Assembly (NCBI GenBank): GCA_052279835.1
Contig: CP181291.1
Coordinates: 4,832,001 to 4,896,000, forward strand
DNA length: 64,000 nt
Reading direction: 5' to 3'
From: Microcoleus sp.
GTDB taxonomy: Bacteria; Cyanobacteriota; Cyanobacteriia; Cyanobacteriales; Microcoleaceae
The translations under genes and the position numbers were made by a program. A model generated the notes under the pieces. It was given only the letters and a program-made list of their open reading frames with translations. It did no database searches and was not told the origin of the DNA. Shown piece after piece: positions 9,042 through 19,571 of this stretch (the stretch's first letter is position 1; each line of letters opens with the position of its first letter).

Positions 9042-9911
9042 CTATGAAGCCTTCTTAATGAGCAGCCCCAAGGATGTTGTGACATATTGTTCTAACTGAA
9101 GTTTTAAGTGTATCCCCGACCAGGGCGGTACGTCTATGTGACGATCGAATGGGCCGCTGCCAACGTTGTAGTTGAGGACAATTTCGTGTCCCTCGGTTGC
9201 TAAATCTACGGCCAGCCGATCGATGTCCTGCCGTCTAAAGAGTACAGTCTGTTGGTGGTCGATCGTCTCGTCATTAGAAAGAACATTGAATTCAGTGGTG
9301 TGTACTGCGATTCCCCCTGGACGCAGGCACTTAATGCTATTTTTGACAAATTGCAACCCCAGCTCGATCGAGCCCACGTGTTCAAAAGCGCAAGAAGAAT
9401 AGACAAAATCGAAGCCTACCAAATCCGCATCTATTTTATTCATGTCAGCGACCCGGTAAGTTACATTGGAGGCGAATCGTTCCGGGGGGCAGATGCCGCG
9501 ATCGTTAAGCGCCTCTAGCGTGGCTGCATATTGACCCGTACCCGCCCATCCCTGCTTCGTCGCCTCCTCTGAATCTAAGTCTGTGGCCACCACGGAGCAG
9601 CCTCGCGCAGCCATGACAGCTACTAGCGGTTCCTGGCCTACGCCAAAACCCAGTCCGCGCCTCCCTGGTGACATCATCCCCGTTTCTGATAAACATTGGA
9701 GGATATAGGCATATTCCCATAGCTTGCGATGAAAGATGGGAGGATGCGGCAGACGAGTTTCCTGACACCAATAGTAGAAGGCGTCCGATCGGCACTGGGC
9801 CTCGGTAGCCATTTGCGAAACTGGATTGATTAAGCTTGGCTCGTCATTGACAATCAATGGCTGATGCTTAATGGTCGTTTGCTCTATATTAAAACCCGAT
9901 TTTGTAATCAT
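9042..9911 (-). CDS. Class I SAM-dependent methyltransferase
   Basis: GLGFGVG, VVATDL, FDFVYSSCAFEH, LRPGG motifs. Confidence 0.8.
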   Translation of the reverse strand: MITKSGFNIEQTTIKHQPLIVNDEPSLINPVSQMATEAQCRSDAFYYWCQETRLPHPPIFHRKLWEYAYILQCLSETGMMSPGRRGLGFGVGQEPLVAVMAARGCSVVATDLDSEEATKQGWAGTGQYAATLEALNDRGICPPERFASNVTYRVADMNKIDADLVGFDFVYSSCAFEHVGSIELGLQFVKNSIKCLRPGGIAVHTTEFNVLSNDETIDHQQTVLFRRQDIDRLAVDLATEGHEIVLNYNVGSGPFDRHIDVPPWSGIHLKLQLEQYVTTSLGLLIKKAS

Positions 9912-10298
9912 AGCTTTTTAATCAGTCTGTTACTAATGGATGGTGAGCGCTGTCTGGCCATCAATGCTGCGAGGTATTAATTCTTTCCATTCTGCTGAGT
10001 TAACTAAGATATTGGTATCGGGGCTTTCTCTTTTTTATGATGAATTTATGACGAAAAGCTAGCCAAATTTTGTCACCTGTTCAAGAATATTTTTGTTGTT
10101 GAAAAAGACCTACAGTTTACCAGATAAACAAATAATTTTCTAGATCGCCATCGCCCTTAAGCCGATATCTTTATGCTGCCACATTAAACACCTAACCTTC
10201 AGTTAATCTGCAAGTCAGCCTCATTTTCGCATAAATGCTCCCCAAGCAGAGTAAAATTAGCGACGATAAATCTGGGATTTTTCTATTTTTCAAATTGG

Positions 10299-11259
10299 TT
10301 ATAATTTATCCTGCTTTGCCTCCACCATCATTTTTACTACATCGTGCATCTTATATTTTGCCTGCCAACCTAACTTTTCCTTCGCCTTAGCAGGGTTGCC
10401 TTTGCCCAGTGCAATTTCGGTCGGTCTGTAGAGACTGGTATCTATAACTGTATGTTCCTCCCAGTCTAATCCCAAAGTGGCAAAGGCTTGAGCAACAAAT
10501 TCTTTTAAGGCATGGCTCTCCCCAGTAGCAATTACATAATCATCGGGTTCTGACTGCTGCAACATAAGATACATTGCTTCAACGTATTCGGGAGCCCAAC
10601 CCCAGTCCCGCTGTACAGAAATATTACCCAGTTGCAGCTTTTCTGGACTACCCGCCGCAATCCGGCAAGCTACTGATACAATTTTTTGGGTCACAAACCT
10701 GGCTGGCCTCAGAGGGGATTCGTGATTAAATAGGATACCAGAGCAAGCAAATAAATTGTATGCCTCCCGATAATTTGCCACTTCCCAAAATGCTGTTGCT
10801 TTCGCAACTGCATAGGGACTTCTTGGGTGAAATGGGGTGCTTTCTTCGGCTGCTTTACCTCCAGTGTCGCCAAAGCATTCGCTAGAAACTGGCATTATAT
10901 AGTTTTATTTTTCCTCCAGTAAAACGTATGGCCTCTAGGAGATTAAGTGTCCCGGTGGCAATGCTTTCTAGAGTTTCTACTGGTTGCTCGAAGGACAGCC
11001 CTACGGAAGTCTGACCAGCTAGATTGTACACCTCATCTGGCTGAATTTTGCTCAGGACTTGCAAAACGCTGCGAAAATCGTTGAGGGACATGGATTCTAG
11101 CTTTACTGATTCGCGGATGCCTAAGCGCGTGAGGTTGCTGAAGGTTGACATTTGGGCATCTCGCGATGTGCCACAGACTGAGTAGCCTTTTTCGAGGAGC
11201 AATTTCGCTAAATAAGCCCCGTCTTGGCCGGATATACCACAAATTACAGCTTTTTTCAT
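10299..11259 (-). pseudogene. gmd: GDP-mannose 4,6-dehydratase, split by a +1 frameshift at ~10886-10888 (or a sequencing error)
   Basis: MKKAVICGISGQDGAYL...YNLAGQ...KLYNAS continues in another frame as SSECFG...PRSPYAVAK...FNHESP...RDWG; span 961 bp = 3n+1. Confidence 0.85.
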
Positions 11260-11348
11260 ATAATTACCTCGAATTTTTTCGATGATGTTGGTGCTTACTC
11301 GGTTTAATATATCTGTGGATACACACTGCAATCAAGTTTTGCTAGTTG

Positions 11349-11494
11349 ATACCAATTTTTTATGAAGCTGCATAGAATTCGATCCCCCCTAACCCCCCTT
11401 AACAAGGGGGGGACAAGAGTCCAATCAAAGTCCCCCTTCTTAAGGGGGATGCGAGGGGGATCGGAATATGTGCAACTTCACATTAAATTGGTAT
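11349..11494. mobile_element. MITE-like element with ~26-bp imperfect terminal inverted repeats and internal C/G-run palindromes
   Basis: ataccaattttttatgaagctgcata vs reverse complement of tatgtgcaacttcacattaaattggtat; core cccccctaaccccccttaacaaggggggg; second copy at window start. Confidence 0.7.
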
Positions 11495-11700
11495 GACTTG
11501 ACATTCGCTCAAGTGTTCCCTAAATTCGATTAAGGCTCTATTTTTTGCAGGTTTAACTTGATAACTGAGAATTATCGTTGCATTTATGAAATAATTTGCT
11601 ACAAGAGGGAAAACTAGAAGAGGCGATCGCATACCCATGCTATTGACTCACAGCCTTGTGAATTAGAGTAAAGCACTGGACTCACTACTAAGACAGTTCA

Positions 11701-12309
11701 CTATGTTCGCCACTTGAAAATAATCGTCTCCTCAGCTTGCTTAAATTCTATATCAAACAAATCAAAAACTACCTCCCTACCCAAAAGTATTTCCTCACAA
11801 AAATCAGTTTGCGCCCAAGCGACAGGCGCAGTAAAAACATGACCATCCAACTGTATTTCTACCTGTCGTAATAGATATTCAATACTGCCACCAACTCCTT
11901 CAGCTTGATTGTTAATCTCTTCAGATCCTTTAGTATAACCCAAGTCTTCACCAAGTTTTTTCGTAATCAAACTAAGTTCTGCACCTGAATCAACTAGAAT
12001 TTTCACTGTTGCGGTATGCTGAAATTTTAATAACAACTCGCATTTAGGTTGCCAATCGTGAGATTTTAAGGTTCTCATTCTGACTGGATAAAATCTGACC
12101 GGATCGACAAACTCGCTTTCAAATATCCGTTCAATTACATAATCTAAACCTGATAAACTAGGATCGATCGCATCCTTCATCTTTCGATAATCGCGATCGT
12201 GACTAATTACTCCTTTGTTAGTATAGGCTATCCACTCGCCCCGATATTTTTTTAACTCCCGGCGATGAGCTTTATACCAATCACTAGCTGTCGGATATTC
12301 TGCTTCCAT
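11701..12309 (-). CDS. DUF5678-like N-terminal domain plus retropepsin-like aspartyl protease
   Basis: KKYRGEWIAY...GVIS N-terminus; ILVDSGAELSLI catalytic motif; GVGG; ILLGRE. Confidence 0.8.
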   Translation of the reverse strand: MEAEYPTASDWYKAHRRELKKYRGEWIAYTNKGVISHDRDYRKMKDAIDPSLSGLDYVIERIFESEFVDPVRFYPVRMRTLKSHDWQPKCELLLKFQHTATVKILVDSGAELSLITKKLGEDLGYTKGSEEINNQAEGVGGSIEYLLRQVEIQLDGHVFTAPVAWAQTDFCEEILLGREVVFDLFDIEFKQAEETIIFKWRT

Positions 12310-12615
12310 AATTAAATCACTTTTTTGTATTGTATAAAATAATCTGTGCTTCAGTAAATTTAGGTATTAGGGCTACTTTGCCCATTACCGTCGCGATTCA
12401 GACTTTTGCACCTCATTTTACTACATGGAACAAGTTTTGCCCGATCGCCCCTAGTGGACTCCAGCCGTTACCGTCCCAATTATACCAGACCTCAAGCGAG
12501 TTAACGATATGTTGACAATAATCAAGGATGTATGATACAAAAGTCGATAGTTATAAATTCAGCAAAGCTGCTGGGTCTAAACATAATATTAATAACTTTA
12601 AAGTAACTTGGCAAA

Positions 12616-15600
12616 ATGAACGAGCAAATGGCTGTGACTGAGTTGGACAAAGGCAATCAATTTCTGCAAGAGGGAAAACTAGAAGACGCGATCGCCGCCT
12701 ACCGTCTTGCCATTGAGCTAAATCCTGACTACTCTTGGTCTCACCACAATTTAGGGGAAGCTTTAGCAAAAGTATGTCAATTTGAAGCAGCGATCGCAGC
12801 TTTTCGTCGCGCCATAGAACTTAAACCAGATTTTTCGTGGAGTTACCATCACTTAGGGGATGCCCTAGCTCAACAGGAACAGTGGGAAGAATCGGTTATA
12901 GCCTTCCGTAAGGCGATCGAACTTAATCCCCAACATTTTGGGACTTACGTGGGGCTGGGTAATTGTTTATCAAAAATGGATCGGTTGGATGAGGCGATCG
13001 CGGCTTACCGTCGTGCCAGTGAACTTGAGCCAGAGGCCGATTGGATTCAGTATAGACTTGGGGAATTGCTGCAACAGCGAACTCAGTTGGATTTGGAAGG
13101 GGCGATCGCTTCTTATCGTCGTGCTATTGAGTTAAATCCTCACGATGTGGAATCATATCGCAAGCTCCTAAAAATACAGCCAGATAACTTGGAAGTTTGG
13201 TTAAATTTAGGGAAGGCATTGGTGAAACAAGAGCTGTGGGAAGAGGCTATCGCTTCTTATCGCCGCATTACTGAGTTAAATCCTGATGACGTGCAAGCTC
13301 ATTATCGCTTAGGGGAATTATTAATTAAGCACGGGGATTTAGACGGGGCGATCGATACTTTGCGTCATGCTCTTGAACTGAGTCCCAACTCTGACGAATC
13401 TTACTATAACTTAGGAGAAGCACTAGCAGCTCAAGGAAACGCAACCGAAGCCAGCCTCTGTTACTACAAGGCTTTCAAGCTAAATCCTAATAATATGCAA
13501 GCCAGTCAAAAATGTCCTCGGATTTATGACTGTTTTGCCTTTTTTAATGAACTAGATGTTCTCAGAATTAGGATAGAAGAACTCAAGGATGTTGTAAATA
13601 AGTTTATTTTAGTAGAAGCTACAAAAACCTTTAGCGGCAACCCCAAGCCACTTTATTACCAAGAATTCAGCCATGAGTTTACTGAGTATCACGATAAAAT
13701 CATTCACTATGTTGTGGATGATATGCCTGAAATTGACTACAGTCAACCTGTTCATCTCCAAGCATGGCCTCTTGACGTTCACCAAAAAAATTGTATAAGT
13801 AGGGTATTAAATTCTATTGATTGCAAAGATGAGGATATTATCCTAGTCAATGACTGCGATGAAATTCCGCGAAAGGAAAAACTGAGTGAAGCTATTGAAT
13901 TACTTAAAGATAATGAGTTTGTCATATTTGTTCAAGATTTGTATCACGGTCATTTAGATAATCTATACAGTGAGTGGTGGTGCGGAACTGTTGCTTGTAA
14001 ATATAAAGACTTTAAAGTTAGAACTTACACTAAAGTTAGGTATTCAGACAAAATAAACACAGGGTTAGACATGGGCGACCCTACTTATAAACGTTCTGGT
14101 TACATTAATAGCAACCAGTATTTTGAACATCCATACCTACTTAAGAGTGGCTGGTCATTTAGCTGGTTTGGCTCGGAATTATCCCGTCGCTACAAATTGC
14201 AAAGTTTTGCACATAAAGAAGGTGATGATTCCGAAGCAAGAAAAATTGAAAAAATTAAATATGACGTATGTAGACCAAGCTTGGAGATGGAATCATCAGG
14301 CGAGTTTTATTTCGATGCCAGAGACATAGAAGGTAAAGATGTGCCGGAATTTTTGAGTAAAAATATCCTCAAGTATCGGCATTTTCTTCAGCCTCGACAA
14401 ACGGAACTGATGGGTAAAATTGGTGGAGATTTTAAACAAGTTGAAACTCAAATTGACCTTCTTAAAAATGAAGCCATAAAAGTAAAACTTCAACTAGAAA
14501 AGGGGATTCAAAATCTGCTAAAAGTTTGTGATACTTTGGCAGAAAGGGGTAATCTCGTAGAGGCGATCGCACAATGGCGACAGCTAGTAGAGCTTTACCC
14601 AGAATTCACCAGTAAAAAATGTTTTTTAAGCAACTTAGATGGGATAAAGACTTTCCAAATCAACCCAGAAGATTATACTTTAATTTCAGGACAGGTTGTT
14701 CAAACACCCAACGGTCAACAGCTAGTTAGCCAGACAGGTAATTACGGGCAAATTTGCTACGGGCCTTATGTTAGCTTACCGGATGGTTTATATAAAGTTA
14801 AAATCAACGTGGAGAGCTCTGATTTTTATGGGATCAAAGACGGGATCAATTCGGGAAAGGCTTGGTTTAAATTTGATGTAGCAGTGAATAAAGGTCTGGT
14901 AATCTACGAAGAGAATGTTTACAATAATAATCAAGTCGAACATGAGTTTTTTATAGATGTTAACGCTAAAGATTTAGAACTGCGTTTCTGGGCTACAGGC
15001 TTATTCTTTGCAGTAAATTTTATAGAACTCAAATTAATTTATCAAACAGATTTTCAAATATTTACAGAAATTTATAAACAAAATCATTGGATCAGAAAAA
15101 TAGACAAAATAGAAGTCAGAGACGATCGAGATTATTATGGTCAATTTATTTATGCCGAGTGGAATCACCCCTATGAAAGGACTAGAGATTGGGCAAAAGA
15201 CTCTTTATATCTTATAAAAACTGAAAGATGGGGTGAATATATCCTACCAGGAACTATTGCAATAGACATTGGTGCTCATACTGGGGATACTGCATTACCG
15301 ATGGCCATTCTCACTGGTTCGACTGGAATGGTGCTGGCTTTTGAACCAAATCCTCACGTTTATAAAGTTCTAGAAGTCAATCAGTCCCTAAACAAGGATG
15401 AAATGAATATAGAAATTTTCGATGCAGCTATCATGGCAAACGAAGGGATATATGATTTCACTTATGGGGACTCTGAATGTTGTAATGGTGGCTATGATGA
15501 TTTGTTGGAATGGAATACGACGAATCCTGATGTTACGGTAATTCCGGTTAAAGGTGTTAATTTAGTAACTTTTTTGCAGAGCAGATTTGGTCAAGAGTAC

Positions 15601-17499
15601 GATCGCGTTATCAAGAGATTGAGTTTTATTAAAATAGATTGTGAAGGTTATGACAAAGAAGTGATTAAAACTATCAAGCCGATTATTGATGTGGCAAAAC
15701 CAGCTTTGTTTGTAGAATGGTTTATAAATTTCAATCAAGAGCAGACTGATGATTTATTTCAGAGCATTCATAATTTAGGTTACTCTTGTTACAATCCAAT
15801 AACTTTAGAGTTGCAAGAAGGAGATGTTAACAAAAAAATTCCTGATATTTTATGCCTGCCAAATCCGTCATTAGAAACACAAAACCGCAGTAACTTTATT
15901 GATGTAAGGGATAAAGGAGAGATTTGTGACGGAATATGGGAGGTCATAAATCAGCCAGAAATACTCAAGGAAGATACTCAAAATTCACCCATAGAAATTA
16001 GCCAAGAATATGCCTATGAACACTTTGCTCAAACAAGTAGTTATAAAATAATTAACTTGTTTTCATTGACGGATGAGGATAAATTTTTTCTGTTGGAAAA
16101 AGGTCTGTCTATAAACAGTTTAGAGTTAATAGCAAAAGAGGATAAAGAACAAGAAAATAGATACATAAACTATTTTGTTGGGGGGTTAAATAATCATGAA
16201 AATTACCCTGTTGCTATCCACCAAAATAGTTTATTAACAACTGGGTATATTTATACGTTGAGTCCTTTTAGTGACAGCATCTTACGTTCTAATCATTCAT
16301 TTTTAGTAAATTATTGGGAAATAGGACATCATGATTTACAAGCATTTTGTTATCGGTTTAGCGGAGAAAAAATATTCTATTTGATTATTGGTGGTATGGG
16401 TAATGAAAAGACAGGTCTTTACATACCCGAACTAGACCTCATTATAATTTTTGTTGCAGCAATGCAAACGGCGAAACTAGATAAAACAATAAACAAACTC
16501 AAGAGCTATATGGTGAGCTATTTCCAGCCCGTTAAATCTTACATTTTGAATACTCATTCCAAGCCATTAGTGAATCAAATTGGGTTATTCTTTAACATTG
16601 GTCATTATGTTTGGAATGAACTAGGCGGAATTTGTATAATAAATCATCATGAGCCAATGCAAAAAGTAGTAAATAATTTTTTGATTGGAGCTGGTGACTA
16701 CTTTGGTGCTATGGACATTTTTCCTGAAATTATACACACTAATAATGTGATTCAAGTTAAAGATGCTTTTGACGCTTTTAAAGCAATAGTAAACAATAAC
16801 TATCTGGCTTTGAGGATAGTTGGTTCATATATGAAGCAAGAATTGATTCATAAAATTATTCAGGTATCCCTAACTAAATGTTCTCCTAATTTCCTAGAAC
16901 AGGTGAAAGCAGCGAAAGAAAAGTGTTTTCCAATAATAGGTCTTCAATTTCGTACTGGTAGTCGAGTTTGGTCATCTCAGGTGGAAGGACTCGCAAATAT
17001 CGTCAATAAGCTTTACGAAGAGTTTCCTAACTTGGGAGTAGTCTTTGATGGGTGGTCATCAATTCCTGGCCAAGAATATTCTTCAGATGTAACAAGTGTA
17101 AATATTCAAAGAGACAAGGCAGTTGAGGAGCAGATAAAAAATCTGATTCCATCTGGTATTCCTATATATTCTGCCATTGGTGCAACAACTTATGAAACAG
17201 TAATTTGGTGGCATCAAGCCATAGATACTGGTATTGAACCTCTGAGTGGTGGACTTTTATTTTCTTCATGGATAGCAGATAAGCCAGGAGTTATTCATTC
17301 TCGATCTGACTTGTATCATACCTGGGTTCAAGCTTTTACCACAGCTTATTGCAGGGAAAACCTAGTAGGATCAAAAATATTTGTAGGATCCCACCAAGAT
17401 TCTCCAGGCGATTACAACAGTAATTATGAGTGTGATTGGGAAGTAATTTATAATGAAGCACTTAAACTAATCAAGAACCTGACTCAGGAGAGAGAGTAA
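12616..17499 (+). CDS. 1627-aa multidomain protein: TPR + GT17-like glycosyltransferase + beta-rich domain + FkbM methyltransferase + unassigned C-terminal domain
   Basis: TPRs aa 1-295; IYDCFAFFNELDVL...VEATKTFSGNPKPL and DCDEIP (GT17); IDIGAHTG...AFEPNP...IKIDCEG (FkbM). Confidence 0.85.
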   Translation: MNEQMAVTELDKGNQFLQEGKLEDAIAAYRLAIELNPDYSWSHHNLGEALAKVCQFEAAIAAFRRAIELKPDFSWSYHHLGDALAQQEQWEESVIAFRKAIELNPQHFGTYVGLGNCLSKMDRLDEAIAAYRRASELEPEADWIQYRLGELLQQRTQLDLEGAIASYRRAIELNPHDVESYRKLLKIQPDNLEVWLNLGKALVKQELWEEAIASYRRITELNPDDVQAHYRLGELLIKHGDLDGAIDTLRHALELSPNSDESYYNLGEALAAQGNATEASLCYYKAFKLNPNNMQASQKCPRIYDCFAFFNELDVLRIRIEELKDVVNKFILVEATKTFSGNPKPLYYQEFSHEFTEYHDKIIHYVVDDMPEIDYSQPVHLQAWPLDVHQKNCISRVLNSIDCKDEDIILVNDCDEIPRKEKLSEAIELLKDNEFVIFVQDLYHGHLDNLYSEWWCGTVACKYKDFKVRTYTKVRYSDKINTGLDMGDPTYKRSGYINSNQYFEHPYLLKSGWSFSWFGSELSRRYKLQSFAHKEGDDSEARKIEKIKYDVCRPSLEMESSGEFYFDARDIEGKDVPEFLSKNILKYRHFLQPRQTELMGKIGGDFKQVETQIDLLKNEAIKVKLQLEKGIQNLLKVCDTLAERGNLVEAIAQWRQLVELYPEFTSKKCFLSNLDGIKTFQINPEDYTLISGQVVQTPNGQQLVSQTGNYGQICYGPYVSLPDGLYKVKINVESSDFYGIKDGINSGKAWFKFDVAVNKGLVIYEENVYNNNQVEHEFFIDVNAKDLELRFWATGLFFAVNFIELKLIYQTDFQIFTEIYKQNHWIRKIDKIEVRDDRDYYGQFIYAEWNHPYERTRDWAKDSLYLIKTERWGEYILPGTIAIDIGAHTGDTALPMAILTGSTGMVLAFEPNPHVYKVLEVNQSLNKDEMNIEIFDAAIMANEGIYDFTYGDSECCNGGYDDLLEWNTTNPDVTVIPVKGVNLVTFLQSRFGQEYDRVIKRLSFIKIDCEGYDKEVIKTIKPIIDVAKPALFVEWFINFNQEQTDDLFQSIHNLGYSCYNPITLELQEGDVNKKIPDILCLPNPSLETQNRSNFIDVRDKGEICDGIWEVINQPEILKEDTQNSPIEISQEYAYEHFAQTSSYKIINLFSLTDEDKFFLLEKGLSINSLELIAKEDKEQENRYINYFVGGLNNHENYPVAIHQNSLLTTGYIYTLSPFSDSILRSNHSFLVNYWEIGHHDLQAFCYRFSGEKIFYLIIGGMGNEKTGLYIPELDLIIIFVAAMQTAKLDKTINKLKSYMVSYFQPVKSYILNTHSKPLVNQIGLFFNIGHYVWNELGGICIINHHEPMQKVVNNFLIGAGDYFGAMDIFPEIIHTNNVIQVKDAFDAFKAIVNNNYLALRIVGSYMKQELIHKIIQVSLTKCSPNFLEQVKAAKEKCFPIIGLQFRTGSRVWSSQVEGLANIVNKLYEEFPNLGVVFDGWSSIPGQEYSSDVTSVNIQRDKAVEEQIKNLIPSGIPIYSAIGATTYETVIWWHQAIDTGIEPLSGGLLFSSWIADKPGVIHSRSDLYHTWVQAFTTAYCRENLVGSKIFVGSHQDSPGDYNSNYECDWEVIYNEALKLIKNLTQERE

Positions 17500-17565
17500 G
17501 TATTTCCCAGATAATTTTTAAGAGCGAAACAGCCCCCTCAAAAATATCAGAATACCCTAGCATTT

Positions 17566-18333
17566 TCATTGATTTCGCCTTAACCATGCTCCAGGCCAGT
17601 GAGTCACATTCTCCGTTAAATCACTCTCACTAAACGGCCATTTAGGTTGCTCCAACACAAACTCAGGATGCTTTTCTGCAAACTCAGCAGCCGCAGCAGT
17701 AGGATGATCCCACTTCCACTCAGGATTCCCGCGCGGCACATCATCCAAATCCTTCATAATTCCATCGGTGGCAATTATATAGGAACCTGGTGTCACAAAA
17801 CTTGAATAAGCCTCTAACTCATCAGCAACGTGCTGTTTTGTGTGACACGAGTCAAGAATTACCAAGACAGTCTCCCCTGGATTTACCAGTTTTTTCACCT
17901 CATCTACAATACTGGTATCTGTAGAACTGCCTTCAACTAAAGTAATGAACGATGACAGTTCGTGTTCCTCTATAGCCTTGCGATTGTGGGGACGAATTTC
18001 AATATCAACTCCTACAACCCTACCCTTCCCCATTGCTTTAAAAAGGCTCGCGTAATAAATCAGCGAGCCTCCGTGAGCCACCCCGGTTTCAATAATTACA
18101 TCGGGTTTAACCTGATAGATAACTTCCTGAATGCGGATCAAATCTTCAGGAAGTTGCAGCAAAGGGCGACCCAGCCAACTAAATGTATAAGAATATTTCT
18201 GATTCCATCCAATTTTAACCCACTGAAGCGATATCAGTTCAAAAGCCTCTTTTGTATAAAGGTCTAATACCTGTTTCTGGTTATCAATCTCACAAGTGAG
18301 TGTGTTTTCACTCGTATCAATTATCAATTTCAT
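17566..18333 (-). CDS. CmcI (cephalosporin hydroxylase-like) family methyltransferase
   Basis: WLGRPLLQLPED, KPDVIIETGVAHGGS, VILDSCH. Confidence 0.88.
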   Translation of the reverse strand: MKLIIDTSENTLTCEIDNQKQVLDLYTKEAFELISLQWVKIGWNQKYSYTFSWLGRPLLQLPEDLIRIQEVIYQVKPDVIIETGVAHGGSLIYYASLFKAMGKGRVVGVDIEIRPHNRKAIEEHELSSFITLVEGSSTDTSIVDEVKKLVNPGETVLVILDSCHTKQHVADELEAYSSFVTPGSYIIATDGIMKDLDDVPRGNPEWKWDHPTAAAAEFAEKHPEFVLEQPKWPFSESDLTENVTHWPGAWLRRNQ

Positions 18334-18336
18334 AAA

Positions 18337-19497
18337 TTACTCCACTAATAGGTCAATGTTTAAGTTGGATGCCTTTAATAATACTAGATTTTCTTGATAA
18401 TAATTCGGGTTCATCAAAATAGCAGTTGTAATTTCTCGATTTGCTATATCCTGATAGCTGACAATAGGATGAGCAGCCCCGGGAATATATTTACCTTGTT
18501 TATTCGGGTTCAGGTCAATAATGCAATCAATCCATTTACGATCGGGATCGATCAGATTAGCAAAAGTTACACCTTTAGCTCCAGCCCCCCAAAGAGCCAC
18601 TTTGCCTTGGTTAGCTAATTTTTGAATCTTAATTTCCCACTTGTTAAGCAGTTCACGTTCTGATGTCGCAAACTGCTTAGCTAAAGTTGAAATGAATGCT
18701 GGTTGTTTCGTGACAGCAGGTTCTACTGACGGAATCGTAGCTTCTAACCATAGATATTGCCCTTGAAATATATGATCTACGCTCTTAACCTGAAAACCAG
18801 ATACTTCAAAAGCCGTCGCTAGAGACTCTGCTGTAAAGTAGGAACAATGTTCGTAGAAAAAATCCCATATTACTTGATTGCGGAGTATCCACTCAACGCA
18901 AGGTGTTTCAAAGAAAACGCGAGCGTTAGGAGAATGAACTAAAGCTTGTCGGACAGAAAAGAGTAAGCTCAAAGGATCGGGAATGTGTTCTATCGCGTGG
19001 CGACAAACAACCACGTCAGCATGAATATTAGCACACTCTGAGTCATAGTAACGCTTCTCAAACTTCAGGCGGCCGTCAAGAATAGTTTCTTCCCCGACAT
19101 AACTTGGGTCAAACCCATAACCCTGATTTCCCCATTCCTCAGATTCTACTAGCTTCCTTAAAAATGAACCCTTACCGCAGCCCACTTCCACAATCGAGCA
19201 ATTTTGAACATTTTTATCATAGATTAGAGACCGGGCCAGTTCGGAAATATAACTCTCAAAAGATGGCGAATAAGTCTGGGTATTATCATACTCCTTGCCA
19301 TAGCTTAACTTGGAACCATCAAAATCCTGATTAAAAATAAATCCACAGTCTTCACAAACTGCTAGAGTTAAATTGCCACGATTTATTTCTATAGCAGATA
19401 TTCTATCTGCCATCACTAAGTTTTGGTGGACTGGTACGCTACCTCGAACCAAAAATGGGGCTATTAAGTTAGAATTGCAAACAGGACATCTCTGCAT
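18337..19497 (-). CDS. Sugar C-methyltransferase-like protein (Zn site + SAM domain + C-terminal domain)
   Basis: CPVC...CEDC, VEVGCGKG, FFYEH, ALWGAGAKG, DLNPNKQG. Confidence 0.82.
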   Translation of the reverse strand: MQRCPVCNSNLIAPFLVRGSVPVHQNLVMADRISAIEINRGNLTLAVCEDCGFIFNQDFDGSKLSYGKEYDNTQTYSPSFESYISELARSLIYDKNVQNCSIVEVGCGKGSFLRKLVESEEWGNQGYGFDPSYVGEETILDGRLKFEKRYYDSECANIHADVVVCRHAIEHIPDPLSLLFSVRQALVHSPNARVFFETPCVEWILRNQVIWDFFYEHCSYFTAESLATAFEVSGFQVKSVDHIFQGQYLWLEATIPSVEPAVTKQPAFISTLAKQFATSERELLNKWEIKIQKLANQGKVALWGAGAKGVTFANLIDPDRKWIDCIIDLNPNKQGKYIPGAAHPIVSYQDIANREITTAILMNPNYYQENLVLLKASNLNIDLLVE

Positions 19498-19571
19498 ACT
19501 TAAGATCCATTTATCTGGAAAGATTTATAATTTTTTGTATCTGTTAGTATCATTTTCCAAATTTTCACTAA

